Source of the DNA: an uncultured Chloroflexia bacterium
GTDB taxonomy: Bacteria; Chloroflexota; Limnocylindria; Limnocylindrales; CSP1-4
Assembly (NCBI GenBank): GCA_963778645.1
Contig: CAVZVH010000025.1
Location: 18,789-82,788 of the forward strand
Length of the DNA stretch: 64,000 nt
Direction of reading: 5' to 3'
Positions 52,800 to 61,553 of this stretch are shown piece by piece. Each line of letters starts with the position of its first letter. Position 1 is the first letter of the stretch. The notes below the pieces were generated by a model that was not told the origin of the DNA, ran no database searches, and saw only the letters and a program-made list of their open reading frames with translations. The position numbers and the translations under genes are program-made.

Positions 52800-54960
52800 A
52801 TGAGTTTCCCTCGAGGGCAGACGCGCCAGGCAACGGGCGGGGTGGCCGGAGGCGGAGGAAGCGGCCGCGGAGGCGGCGGCCGGATGATGGGCGGCGGCGG
52901 GATGTGGGGCGGCCCGACGACCGAGTTCACGCCGGTGCCGAAGGAGCGCCGAGGCAAGACGATCCGACGGATCGTCGCGTTCTTCAGGCCGTACCGTCTC
53001 CAGGTCGGGGTCGTCCTCGTCGCCATCCTTGCCACGAGCCTGATCGGTCTGGCCAATCCGATCCTGCTCAAGCTCCTGATCGACGAGGCGATCCCGGAGC
53101 AGGACCTGTTCAAGCTCAACCTCTACGTCGGCCTGATGATCGTGCTGCCGATCTTCACGGGCCTGATCGGTGTCGGGCAGGCGTATCTCAACAACCTCAT
53201 CGGCCAGAACGTCATGCAGGACCTGCGTGGCGCGCTGTACGCCCACCTCCAGAACATGCCCCTCCGGTTCTTCACGGAAACCCGCACCGGCGAGATCCAG
53301 AGCCGGATCGCGAACGACATCGGCGGCGTGCAGTCGGTGGTGACCGACACCGCGAGTTCCGTGACCAGCAACGTCGCGATCGCCATCAGCACGATCGTCG
53401 CGATGTTCCTCATCGACTGGCGGCTGACGCTGCTTTCGCTCGGCCTGCTTCCGTTCTTCATGTACCTGACGTTCCGGGTCGGCAAGGTCCGACGCGAGGT
53501 CAGCGGCGAGACGCAGAAGTCGCTGGCCGAGTTGACCGCCCTGACCGAGGAGACACTCAGCGTCAGCGGCATCCTCCTGGCGAAGACCTTCGGTCAGCAG
53601 GACTCCTCGATCAAGCGGTTCCGGGGCCTGAACGCCCGGCTCGCCGCCCTGCAGATCCGTCAGGCGATGGTCGGCCGCTGGTTCTTCATGATCATCGGCA
53701 CGATCTTCAGCATCACGCCGGCGTTCGTGTACTGGCTGGCCGGCTGGCTGACGATCCAGGGCGATCCGTCCGCTCCGACGATCGGCGACATCGTGGCGTT
53801 CACGACGCTGCAGTCGCGGCTCTTCTTCCCGCTCGGGCAGCTGTTGAACGTCCAGGTCGAGATCCAGGGGGCGCTCGCGCTCTTCGATCGGATCTTCGAG
53901 TACCTGGAGATGGACCCCGAGATCGTCGATGCGCCCGACGCGGTCGCGCTTGACCCCGCGAAGGTCCGGGGCGGGGTCCGGTTCCACGACGTGTCGTTCG
54001 GCTACCCGACCGAGGCCGTCCCCTCATCGCGTGCCCTCGATGCCGTCGCGCGCGGGCATGAGCACGTCGCCGGCCAGCCCGACCCACCGGTCGAGCGGAG
54101 CGCCGTCGAGATCGAGATCGCGGCCGCCCCGATCGACCAGGCAGCCGCCGAAGCCGTGGCCGACGCGATCGAACCGCCGCCGGACGGGATCGGCGGCGTG
54201 CCCGCCATCGAGCTGCTGCCGGGTTTCGCGCTCGAGCACGTCGACTTCGAGGCCGATCCCGGCGAGCTCGTCGCACTCGTCGGCCCTTCGGGCAGCGGCA
54301 AGACGACGACCACCTACCTGATCCCGCGCCTGTACGACGTCGACAGCGGCGCGGTCGAGATCGACGGCATCGACGTCCGGCGGATCAAGCTCAAGTCGCT
54401 CGGCGAGACGATCGGCGTGGTCACCCAGGAGACGTACCTGTTCCACGCGTCGGTCCGGGAGAACCTGGCGTATGCGAAGCCCGAGGCGACCGAGGACGAG
54501 CTCCGAACGGCTGCGACCGCCGCGGCCATCCACGACCGGATCATGGAGCTCCCCGACGGCTATGACACGGTCGTGGGCGAGCGCGGCTACAAGCTGTCGG
54601 GCGGCGAGAAGCAGCGGATCGCGATCGCCCGAGTCCTGCTGAAGGATCCCCGGATCCTCATCCTCGACGAGGCCACGTCGGCCCTCGACACGGTCTCCGA
54701 GCGGCTCATCCAGTCGGCGTTCGAGCGGCTGATGGAGGGTCGGACCACGATCGCCATCGCGCATCGCCTCTCGACGATCCTGCGAGCCGATCGGATCCTG
54801 GTGTACGACCGCGGGCGTGTCGTGGAACGAGGCACGCACGCCGAATTGCTCGCCCAGGGTGGGCTGTACGCGCGGCTTGTACCAGGAACAGTTCCTGACC
54901 GATCGCCCGGTCCGGGCCGACGGCGAGGATGCCAACGTCTCCGAGGACGTGCCCGCGTGA
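52800..54960 (+). CDS. ABC exporter, fused permease/ATPase (MsbA/MdlB-like), with a ~70-aa insertion in the ATPase domain; 1-nt frameshift near 54879
   Basis: Gly-rich N-terminus and six TM segments. Walker A GPSGSGKTT, signature LSGGEKQRIAIAR, Walker B ILILDEATSALD, and the H-loop in IAIAHRLST. The C-terminal GGLYARL then needs a shift to read YQEQFLTD..., ending at TGA 54958-54960. Confidence 0.85.
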
Positions 54961-55451
54961 CCCGCGAGCGTCGGGCGGACGTCGTCTTCGATGGCGGGTC
55001 GCAGTTCGTCGCCCACACCGGCACGGGGCGATCGCTCGTCTTCGGCGACCAGGCCGCCGACCATGAGCAGTCCCCCGTCGAGATGATCGTCTCGGCCCTG
55101 GCCGCGTGTTCGGCGATGGACGTCATCGCGATCGCGACCAAGAAGCGCCAGGCGATCGACCGCTACGAGGTCCATGCGGCGGGCAACCAGCGCGATGCGT
55201 ACCCACAGGTGCTGACCGAGGTGACCGTCACGCACGAGGTCTGGGGTCGGAACCTGTCGCAGGCGGCCATCCGCCGCAGCATCGAGCTATCGGCGACCAA
55301 GTACTGCCCGGTCAACGCGATGGTCTCGGCCGGTGCGACCGTCGTCCACCATCGGTACCGGATCCACGCCACGGGCACGAGTCCCCTCGAAGCCGAGGGC
55401 GAGGTCATCTCGACCGGTCCGTACCGCCGCCCCGAGGTCATCGGCGAGTAG
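54957..55451 (+). CDS. OsmC/Ohr-family peroxiredoxin-like protein
   Basis: The GTG start overlaps the corrected ABC stop (GTGA). SPVEMIVSALAACSAMDV and ATKYCPVNAM contain the two conserved Cys. Confidence 0.85.
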   Translation: MTRERRADVVFDGGSQFVAHTGTGRSLVFGDQAADHEQSPVEMIVSALAACSAMDVIAIATKKRQAIDRYEVHAAGNQRDAYPQVLTEVTVTHEVWGRNLSQAAIRRSIELSATKYCPVNAMVSAGATVVHHRYRIHATGTSPLEAEGEVISTGPYRRPEVIGE

Positions 55452-55545
55452 CGGGACCGAGAGCGCAGGCGAATCCCTACTAGGCTTGTCGGACTTCTCT
55501 GATATGCTTCGCGGCGAAGGTCGACACCCCAGAGGAGACCCGCCG

Positions 55546-56073
55546 ATGCCCTCCGCCATTCCTGCCGATGCCGCCGCCCGTCTGCCGAAGGCGCGGATGA
55601 TCGACCCACGCGGACACCGCTTCGGGGCCGGCGTCTCGGCCGTCCTGCTCATCGTCGCGCTCGTCACGAACGCGCCATTGCTGGTGGCGGTCGTGCTGCT
55701 CTCCATCGGTGTCAGCGCCGCCTTCGGCCTCCGATACTCCATCTACGGAGCGATCTGGCGCCGGATCGTGAAGGTCGCGGGCCTCGGCCCGGCCGAGCCG
55801 GAGCACGAGTACCCGCCGCGCTTCGCCCAGGTCCTGGGCTCGGTGGCGCTCATCCTATCGCTCGTCGCCTTCGCACTGGGGCAGGCGACCCTGGGCTGGA
55901 CCCTCGCGCTCGCCGTGGCCGGCCTGCAGTCCTTGCTCGCGCTGACCGGCTACTGCCTGGGCTGTCGCCTCTACTTCCTGCGCTGGTGGGTGCCGGACCT
56001 CGTCACCAAGATCTGGACTCGTGGGGCGGGATCGCCGAACAAGTTGTCCGTGGAGCCGATCTCCTACAAGTAG
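55546..56073 (+). CDS. DUF4395-family membrane protein
   Basis: AGAGGAG lies 8 nt before ATG 55546. IDPRGHRFGAGVSAVLLIVAL..., PPRFAQVLG..., and LALTGYCLGCRLYF. Confidence 0.8.
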   Translation: MPSAIPADAAARLPKARMIDPRGHRFGAGVSAVLLIVALVTNAPLLVAVVLLSIGVSAAFGLRYSIYGAIWRRIVKVAGLGPAEPEHEYPPRFAQVLGSVALILSLVAFALGQATLGWTLALAVAGLQSLLALTGYCLGCRLYFLRWWVPDLVTKIWTRGAGSPNKLSVEPISYK

Positions 56074-56079
56074 GTCGCC

Positions 56080-56118
56080 CTTGCATGACTATGCAGCCCA
56101 GCTGTATAGTCATCCGAC
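56080..56118 (+). promoter_or_regulatory. Tandem ARG boxes (ArgR operator) coinciding with the argC promoter
   Basis: Box 1 is CTTGCATGACTATGCAGC (TGCAT-N4-ATGCA core). A 3-bp spacer follows. Box 2 is GCTGTATAGTCATCCGAC. TTGCAT (56081-56086)-N18-TATAGT (56105-56110) embeds the -35 in box 1 and the -10 in box 2. The ATG lies 9 nt after the -10, with no SD. Confidence 0.6.
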
Positions 56119-56119
56119 C

Positions 56120-57244
56120 ATGACGGCGGTCCATCCACTCCCGATCCCTCGATCCCTGCGCGGCGTCGATCCCGCAGGCGGACCGCGCCGGATCCGTGCC
56201 GGCATCATCGGCGCGACCGGGTATGTCGGCGCCGAGCTCGTCCGGATCCTTGCCCGCCACCCGAACGTCGACCTGGTCGGCCTGCAAGGTCGGGATCGCG
56301 ATGGCGATCCGCTGGCGGGCGTCCACCCGCACCTCGGCAGCACGGACCTGACCGTCCATTCCACGCTCCCGCCCGTCGATGCCGTCTTCCTCGCCCTCCC
56401 CCATGGGACGGCCGCCGCCCTCGTCCCCGACCTGCTCGTTGCCGGCACGGCCGTGATCGACCTCGGGCCCGACTTCCGTCTCCGCGATAAGGCCGACTAC
56501 CCGCGCTGGTACGGCTTCGACCATCCGCGGCCGGACCTCCTCGCCATCGCCGTCTACGGCCTGCCCGAGCTGCACCGCGCCGAGCTCGAGGGGTTGGCCG
56601 ACGCAGAGGTGGCCATCGTCGGCTCCCCGGGCTGCTACCCGACCGCGACGATCCTGGCGCTCGCACCCCTGGCCCGGGCCGGTTTGATCGGCGACCTCGT
56701 CGTCGACGCCAAGAGCGGTGTGTCCGGCGCCGGGCGTGAGGCCAAGCCCGATCTCATGTTCGGCGAGGTCAACGAGAGCGTGAAGGCCTACGGGTTGGGC
56801 GGCCACCGCCACGTCGCCGAGATCGAGCAGGAGCTCGCGGTCGTCGCCGGTCGCGTGGGTCTCGATCCGGGCGCGAACCCGGGCTCGATCGCGGTCGATT
56901 TCGTCCCGCATCTTGTCCCGATGACCCGCGGGATCCTCTCGACCAACCACGTGCGCCCGACACGACCGATCACCCAGGTCGAACTGGACGAGCTGTACGA
57001 GTCGGCATACGCGGACGAGGCCTTCGTCACGGTCGTGCCGACCCCGCCCGCCACGAAGCACGTGACCGGCAGCAACGAGGTCCGGATCCACGTCCGGCTC
57101 GACGAGCGGATCGGGCGGATCCTCGTCATCGGCGTCGAGGACAACCTCGTGAAAGGGGCCGCCGGCCAGGCCGTCCAGTCGTTCAACCTCGTGCATGGCC
57201 TGCCCGAGATCGCCGGCCTCGCGCAGCTGCCGTTGGCCCCATGA
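56120..57244 (+). CDS. argC: N-acetyl-gamma-glutamyl-phosphate reductase
   Basis: IIGATGYVGAELVRILARHP, VFLALPHG, SPGCYPTA (catalytic Cys), VDAKSGVSGAGR, NLVKGAAGQAVQ. Confidence 0.92.
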   Translation: MTAVHPLPIPRSLRGVDPAGGPRRIRAGIIGATGYVGAELVRILARHPNVDLVGLQGRDRDGDPLAGVHPHLGSTDLTVHSTLPPVDAVFLALPHGTAAALVPDLLVAGTAVIDLGPDFRLRDKADYPRWYGFDHPRPDLLAIAVYGLPELHRAELEGLADAEVAIVGSPGCYPTATILALAPLARAGLIGDLVVDAKSGVSGAGREAKPDLMFGEVNESVKAYGLGGHRHVAEIEQELAVVAGRVGLDPGANPGSIAVDFVPHLVPMTRGILSTNHVRPTRPITQVELDELYESAYADEAFVTVVPTPPATKHVTGSNEVRIHVRLDERIGRILVIGVEDNLVKGAAGQAVQSFNLVHGLPEIAGLAQLPLAP

Positions 57245-58617
57245 CGACGATGCGGCCCGCACTGGCCCCGTTGTCGTCCGCGTCCCTGCCGCCGGTCGAG
57301 CGGCGGGCCGTGATGCCGGCCGGCTTCCGTGCCGGTGGGCTGGTCGCCGGGATCAAGGCGTCCGGTCGGCCGGACCTCGGGGTCGTCGTCACCACGGCGG
57401 GTCCCGCAGCCGCGGCCGCGGTGTTCACGCCGAATGCGTTCGCGGCCGCGCCCGTCCGGCTGTCCCGCGAGCACCTGTCGCGGACCTCCGGCGACCGACG
57501 CGGTGGATTCGGGTGGGCCCAGGCGGTCATCTCGACGAGTGGCTCGGCGAACGCGGCGACCGGTGATGCGGGCGACGCGGACCAACGCGCGATCGCCTCG
57601 CTGCTCGCGGCGGCGACCGGGATACCGGAGGACCTGACGCTGCACCTCTCGACCGGGATCATCGGCACGCGACTGCCGCTCGACCGGGTGGCGGCCGGCA
57701 TCGAGACCGTCGTCCCGGCCCTGGAGACGAGCGACGCTGGGCTCGAGGCGATGGCGATCGCCCTCCGCACGACCGACTCGGTGACGAAGGTCGCGACGAC
57801 GTCCTTCGCGCTACCCGATCCCGATGGCCGACCCGTCACGGTGACCGTCAGCGGCATCGCCAAGGGCGTCGGGATGATCCACCCGCGAATGGCCACGATG
57901 CTCGCGGTCATGCTGACCGACGCGGCCGTGGCGCCCGAGACGCTGTGGGGCCTGTTGCGACCGGCCGCGGCCCGGACCTGGAACCAGCTGAGTGTCGACG
58001 GCGATACGAGCACGAACGACACGGTCTTCGTGCTGGCATCGGGCGCGTCCGGGGCAGCGCCGGTCCGAGTTGGGAGCGCCGAGGCCGCCGCATTCGGCGA
58101 AGCCATCGAGGCCGTCGCCCGTGACCTTGCCCGGCAGCAGGCCGCCGACGGCGAGGGGGCCGCGACGCTGATCACGGTCGTGGTGACCGGCGCGGCCGAC
58201 GACGCCGAGGCGCGGGCCGTGGCCCGAGCGGTCGTGTCGTCCAGCCTGGTCAAGGCGGCCGCCCACGGCCGCGACCCAAACTGGGGCCGGATCGCGGGTG
58301 CGGCCGGCAACGCAAGCCTGGCCGACGCCGCGGTCCTCGAGGCGGCCGGTCTGTCCGCCGACGACGCCACTCGGAGAGCCGGCACGGCGGCCAGGCTCGA
58401 CCCGGCACGGCTCCGCATCGATATCGCGGGCCATCCCGTCTTCGACGGCGAGGCGGGCGGGCCGCTCCCGTTCGATCGCGAGGCAGCGCGGACGGCGATG
58501 ACGTCGCCCGAGGTGGTCATCGCGCTCGATCTCGGACTGGGCTCGGGAACGGGCGAGGCGTTCGGCTGTGACCTGACCGAGGCGTACGTGATCGAGAACT
58601 CGGAATACACGACATGA
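57241..58617 (+). CDS. argJ: Bifunctional glutamate N-acetyltransferase / amino-acid acetyltransferase
   Basis: ATGA overlap with argC. GFRAGGLVAGIK, GIAKGVGMIHPRMATMLAV (autoprocessing site), VDGDTSTND, DPNWGRI, CDLTEAYVIENSEYTT. Confidence 0.92.
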   Translation: MTTMRPALAPLSSASLPPVERRAVMPAGFRAGGLVAGIKASGRPDLGVVVTTAGPAAAAAVFTPNAFAAAPVRLSREHLSRTSGDRRGGFGWAQAVISTSGSANAATGDAGDADQRAIASLLAAATGIPEDLTLHLSTGIIGTRLPLDRVAAGIETVVPALETSDAGLEAMAIALRTTDSVTKVATTSFALPDPDGRPVTVTVSGIAKGVGMIHPRMATMLAVMLTDAAVAPETLWGLLRPAAARTWNQLSVDGDTSTNDTVFVLASGASGAAPVRVGSAEAAAFGEAIEAVARDLARQQAADGEGAATLITVVVTGAADDAEARAVARAVVSSSLVKAAAHGRDPNWGRIAGAAGNASLADAAVLEAAGLSADDATRRAGTAARLDPARLRIDIAGHPVFDGEAGGPLPFDREAARTAMTSPEVVIALDLGLGSGTGEAFGCDLTEAYVIENSEYTT

Positions 58618-58749
58618 GCGAACTGCGACGCGCCGCCTGGGCGAGACCAGGCCAAGGCGGAGGCGAGCACGCGAGCGAGCGCACCCCAAGGTGCGTGAGC
58701 GAGCGCGCGCAGGCGACAACGCCGGCATGGGCCGCGCAGGTGGCGACCG

Positions 58750-59538
58750 ATGTCTGAGATTCTCGTCGTCAAGTTGGGTGGGACGACGATCGCGGAGCAG
58801 AGCCAGGTCCTCGAGGAAGTGGCCGCGGTCGCGCGACAACGTCCCGTGGTGCTGGTGCACGGCGGCGGCAAGCGGATCACCGAGTGGCTGGAGCGACTGG
58901 GCGTGCCGTCGCGCTTCGAAGGCGGCCTGCGCGTCACCGATGCCGCCTCCCTCGAGGTGGCCGCCGCGGTGCTCCGGGGCGTGGTCAACAGCGAGCTCGT
59001 CGCCGGTCTGCGCGACATCGGCGTCGATGCGGTCGGGCTGTCGGGCGTCGACGGTGGCCTGCTCATCGCCGAGCGAATCCCCGAGCTTGGCCTGGTGGCG
59101 AGCGTCGTCGGCCTGCGCCGCGACCTGCTCGATGCGATCCTCGTCGGGGGCCAGGTGCCGGTCGTGGCGCCGCTGGCGCGCGACGCGGACGGCATCGTCT
59201 GCAACGTCAACGCCGACGACGTGGCCGCGGGCATCGCGGCCGGGCTTGGTGCCCGTCAACTCGTCCTGATGACCGATGTCGACGGCGTGCGCGACGCCGA
59301 CGGCCGCCGCCTCGACACGCTGACCGTCGCCGAAGCCGAGCATCTCATCGGGTCCGGTGTCATCGCGGGCGGGATGGTGCCCAAGGTCCGGGCCGCGCTC
59401 GGTGCGCTGGGCTGGGACGGCGCCGAGGCGATCATCGCCGACGCGTCAGCGCCGAGCGCCCTGTCCCGGGCCTTGTCCGACGAGTCCTTCGGGACCCGCA
59501 TCACGGCGACCCGCACGGCCGGCGTCGGCGCGGCCTGA
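58750..59538 (+). CDS. argB: Acetylglutamate kinase
   Basis: LVVKLGGTT, VVLVHGGG, GLRVTD, NVNADDVAAGIA, LVLMTDVDGV and GGMVPKV. Confidence 0.92.
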   Translation: MSEILVVKLGGTTIAEQSQVLEEVAAVARQRPVVLVHGGGKRITEWLERLGVPSRFEGGLRVTDAASLEVAAAVLRGVVNSELVAGLRDIGVDAVGLSGVDGGLLIAERIPELGLVASVVGLRRDLLDAILVGGQVPVVAPLARDADGIVCNVNADDVAAGIAAGLGARQLVLMTDVDGVRDADGRRLDTLTVAEAEHLIGSGVIAGGMVPKVRAALGALGWDGAEAIIADASAPSALSRALSDESFGTRITATRTAGVGAA

Positions 59539-59557
59539 CGCGGAGGCACGGAACGAG

Positions 59558-60088
59558 GTGACCGCCACGCAGGACCTCAAGCGACTCCGCCAGCGGGCGA
59601 TCCGCGAACTCGTCCTGGCGCGCCCGGTGGGCAGCCAACGAGAACTCGTCGACGCCCTGACGGAACAGGGGTTCGCCGTGACCCAGGCCACGGTCTCCCG
59701 CGACATCACGGAGCTCGGCCTGTACAAGGCGCCCCGGGCGGACGGCCATGTCTACGTCACGCCCGAGGCGGTCGGTTCCGGCAACGGCCGCACGCCGTCG
59801 GCCACCGACGAGCGGCTCGCCCGGATCCTGGCCGATATCCCGGTCGCGATCGGGCGGAGCGGCCTCATCCTCGTGCTGACCGGGACGCCCGGCACGGCCA
59901 GCGTCATCGCCCAGGCGATCGACGAGTCGACTCTGCGTGAACAGGAGGGCACCCTGGCGGGCGACAATACGCTTCTCGTCCTCTTCGCCGACGAGCGGCG
60001 CCTCGAGCGCTGGCTCGATCGCTTCAGAGCCATCGGTGCCGGAGTCGCACCCGCCACCGCGGCCGCCAGCATCGCCCGCCGTCATTGA
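59558..60088 (+). CDS. argR: Arginine repressor
   Basis: GTG at 59558. RQRAIRELVLARPVGSQRELVDALTEQGFAVTQATVSRDITELGL, and the oligomerisation/Arg-binding core LVLTGTPGTASVIAQAID..GTLAGDNTLLV. Confidence 0.9.
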   Translation: MTATQDLKRLRQRAIRELVLARPVGSQRELVDALTEQGFAVTQATVSRDITELGLYKAPRADGHVYVTPEAVGSGNGRTPSATDERLARILADIPVAIGRSGLILVLTGTPGTASVIAQAIDESTLREQEGTLAGDNTLLVLFADERRLERWLDRFRAIGAGVAPATAAASIARRH

Positions 60089-60107
60089 TCCGGAGGTCCC
60101 CAGTCCC

Positions 60108-61391
60108 GTGAAGAAGGTCGTCCTCGCCTACTCCGGTGGACTCGACACATCCGTCGCCGTGGCCTGGCTGAAGGAACAGTACGACGCCGAGGTCGTGACG
60201 CTGACCGTCGACCTTGGCGGCGGATCCCTGCGCCCTGGCGTCGAGCGGCGGGCCATGTCGGCCGGGGCGTCCCGCGCCTACGTCGTCGACGCACGCGAGC
60301 GGTTCGTCACCGATTTCGTGTGGCCGCACCTCCAGGCCAATGCGCTCTACCAGGGTGCGTATCCACTCGCCACCGCGCTCGCCCGGCCCTTGATCGCCCA
60401 GCTCCTCGTGGAGGTCGCCGCGCGCGAGCATGCCGACGCGGTCGCCCACGGCTGCACCGGCAAGGGCAACGACCAGGTCCGGTTCGATGTCGCGACGCAC
60501 GCCCTGGACCCGGGGCTCGAGGTCATCGCCCCGATGCGGGTCGGGATGGGTCTGACCCGCGACCAGGAGATCGACTACGCGAATGAGCGCGGCATCGAGA
60601 TCCCGATCACGAAGGCATCGCCCTACTCGATCGACGTCAACATGTGGGGCCGCTCGTGCGAGACAGGCGCCCTCGAGGACCCATGGGTCACGCCGCCGGC
60701 CGACGCGTACGAGTGGACGGTCGCGCCTTCCGATGCGCCGGCGCCGGTCGAGATCGTCATCGAGTTCGAGGGCGGCATCCCGGTCGCGCTCGACTCCGAG
60801 CGGCTGCCCGCGGTCGAGCTTGTCGAGCGGGTCCACGCGATCGGCGGCGCCCACGGGGTCGGCCGCATCGACCACGTCGAGGACCGCCTGGTCGGCATCA
60901 AGAGCCGGGAGATCTACGAGACGCCGGCGGCGACCATCCTGCACACCGCCCACCATGCGCTGGAGGGCCTGACGCTCTCACGTGACACGCTCCGGTTCGA
61001 CCGGTTCGTGGCCGATGAGCTGGCCCGCCTCATCTACGACGGCCTGTGGTTCAGCGCCCTGTCGCGCGACCTGCGCGGGTATGTGGCGTCGTCACAGCGC
61101 GTCGTGTCAGGCGAAGTGCGCGTGCTGTTGGATCACGGTCAGGCCGTGGTCGTCGGGCGTCGCTCCCCGTTGTCGCTGTACGACAAGAGCCTCGCGACCT
61201 ACGAGGAGGGCGATGCATTCGACCACGCGTCCGCGGTCGGGTTCATCGAGATCTTCGGGCTGCCGCTGCGGGTCGAGGCCGCTCGGCACGGGGCGGTGGG
61301 CGCGCGGCATGGTGCGGCCTGGTCGTGGACCGACCCGCTCCTGGATGGCCTGCCGACCACCGTCACCGACCCGGAGCCCGCCGCGGTCTGA
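60108..61391 (+). CDS. argG: Argininosuccinate synthase
   Basis: GGAGG precedes GTG 60108. KVVLAYSGGLDTSV, AHGCTGKGNDQVRF, SIDVNMWGRS, DRLVGIKSREIYE. Confidence 0.92.
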   Translation: MKKVVLAYSGGLDTSVAVAWLKEQYDAEVVTLTVDLGGGSLRPGVERRAMSAGASRAYVVDARERFVTDFVWPHLQANALYQGAYPLATALARPLIAQLLVEVAAREHADAVAHGCTGKGNDQVRFDVATHALDPGLEVIAPMRVGMGLTRDQEIDYANERGIEIPITKASPYSIDVNMWGRSCETGALEDPWVTPPADAYEWTVAPSDAPAPVEIVIEFEGGIPVALDSERLPAVELVERVHAIGGAHGVGRIDHVEDRLVGIKSREIYETPAATILHTAHHALEGLTLSRDTLRFDRFVADELARLIYDGLWFSALSRDLRGYVASSQRVVSGEVRVLLDHGQAVVVGRRSPLSLYDKSLATYEEGDAFDHASAVGFIEIFGLPLRVEAARHGAVGARHGAAWSWTDPLLDGLPTTVTDPEPAAV

Positions 61392-61553
61392 GGCCGGTCG
61401 CCTCGTGGCGGGCGTATGCATGATCTGCGGCGCCTTGGGACCGGAGGCCCTCTCGTCCCGGACACGGGGTCCCGACGACGATGTCGTGCATCGGCGCCGG
61501 TCGCCACGGGCTGTCGGCAACGCGCCACGACCCGGCTGTGCCCGCGATGCCCC

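Noticed and set aside
50369-53953. TrxB reading on for 2 kb through the methyltransferase and into the ABC gene.
   Set aside because: After AERWLESEG.. the sequence becomes junk. A 1-nt shift gives a TAG at 51885-51887, 6 nt before the next gene's start. I treat this as a probable indel rather than a giant protein.
52800-55451. Apparent 883-aa fusion of an ABC exporter with an OsmC domain.
   Set aside because: The ABC C-terminus ..GGLYARL should continue YQEQFLTD.. in the +1 frame and stop at TGA 54958-54960. That stop overlaps the GTG of OsmC in a classical GTGA junction. One extra base near 54879 (cggcTTgtacc) creates the fusion, so these are two genes.
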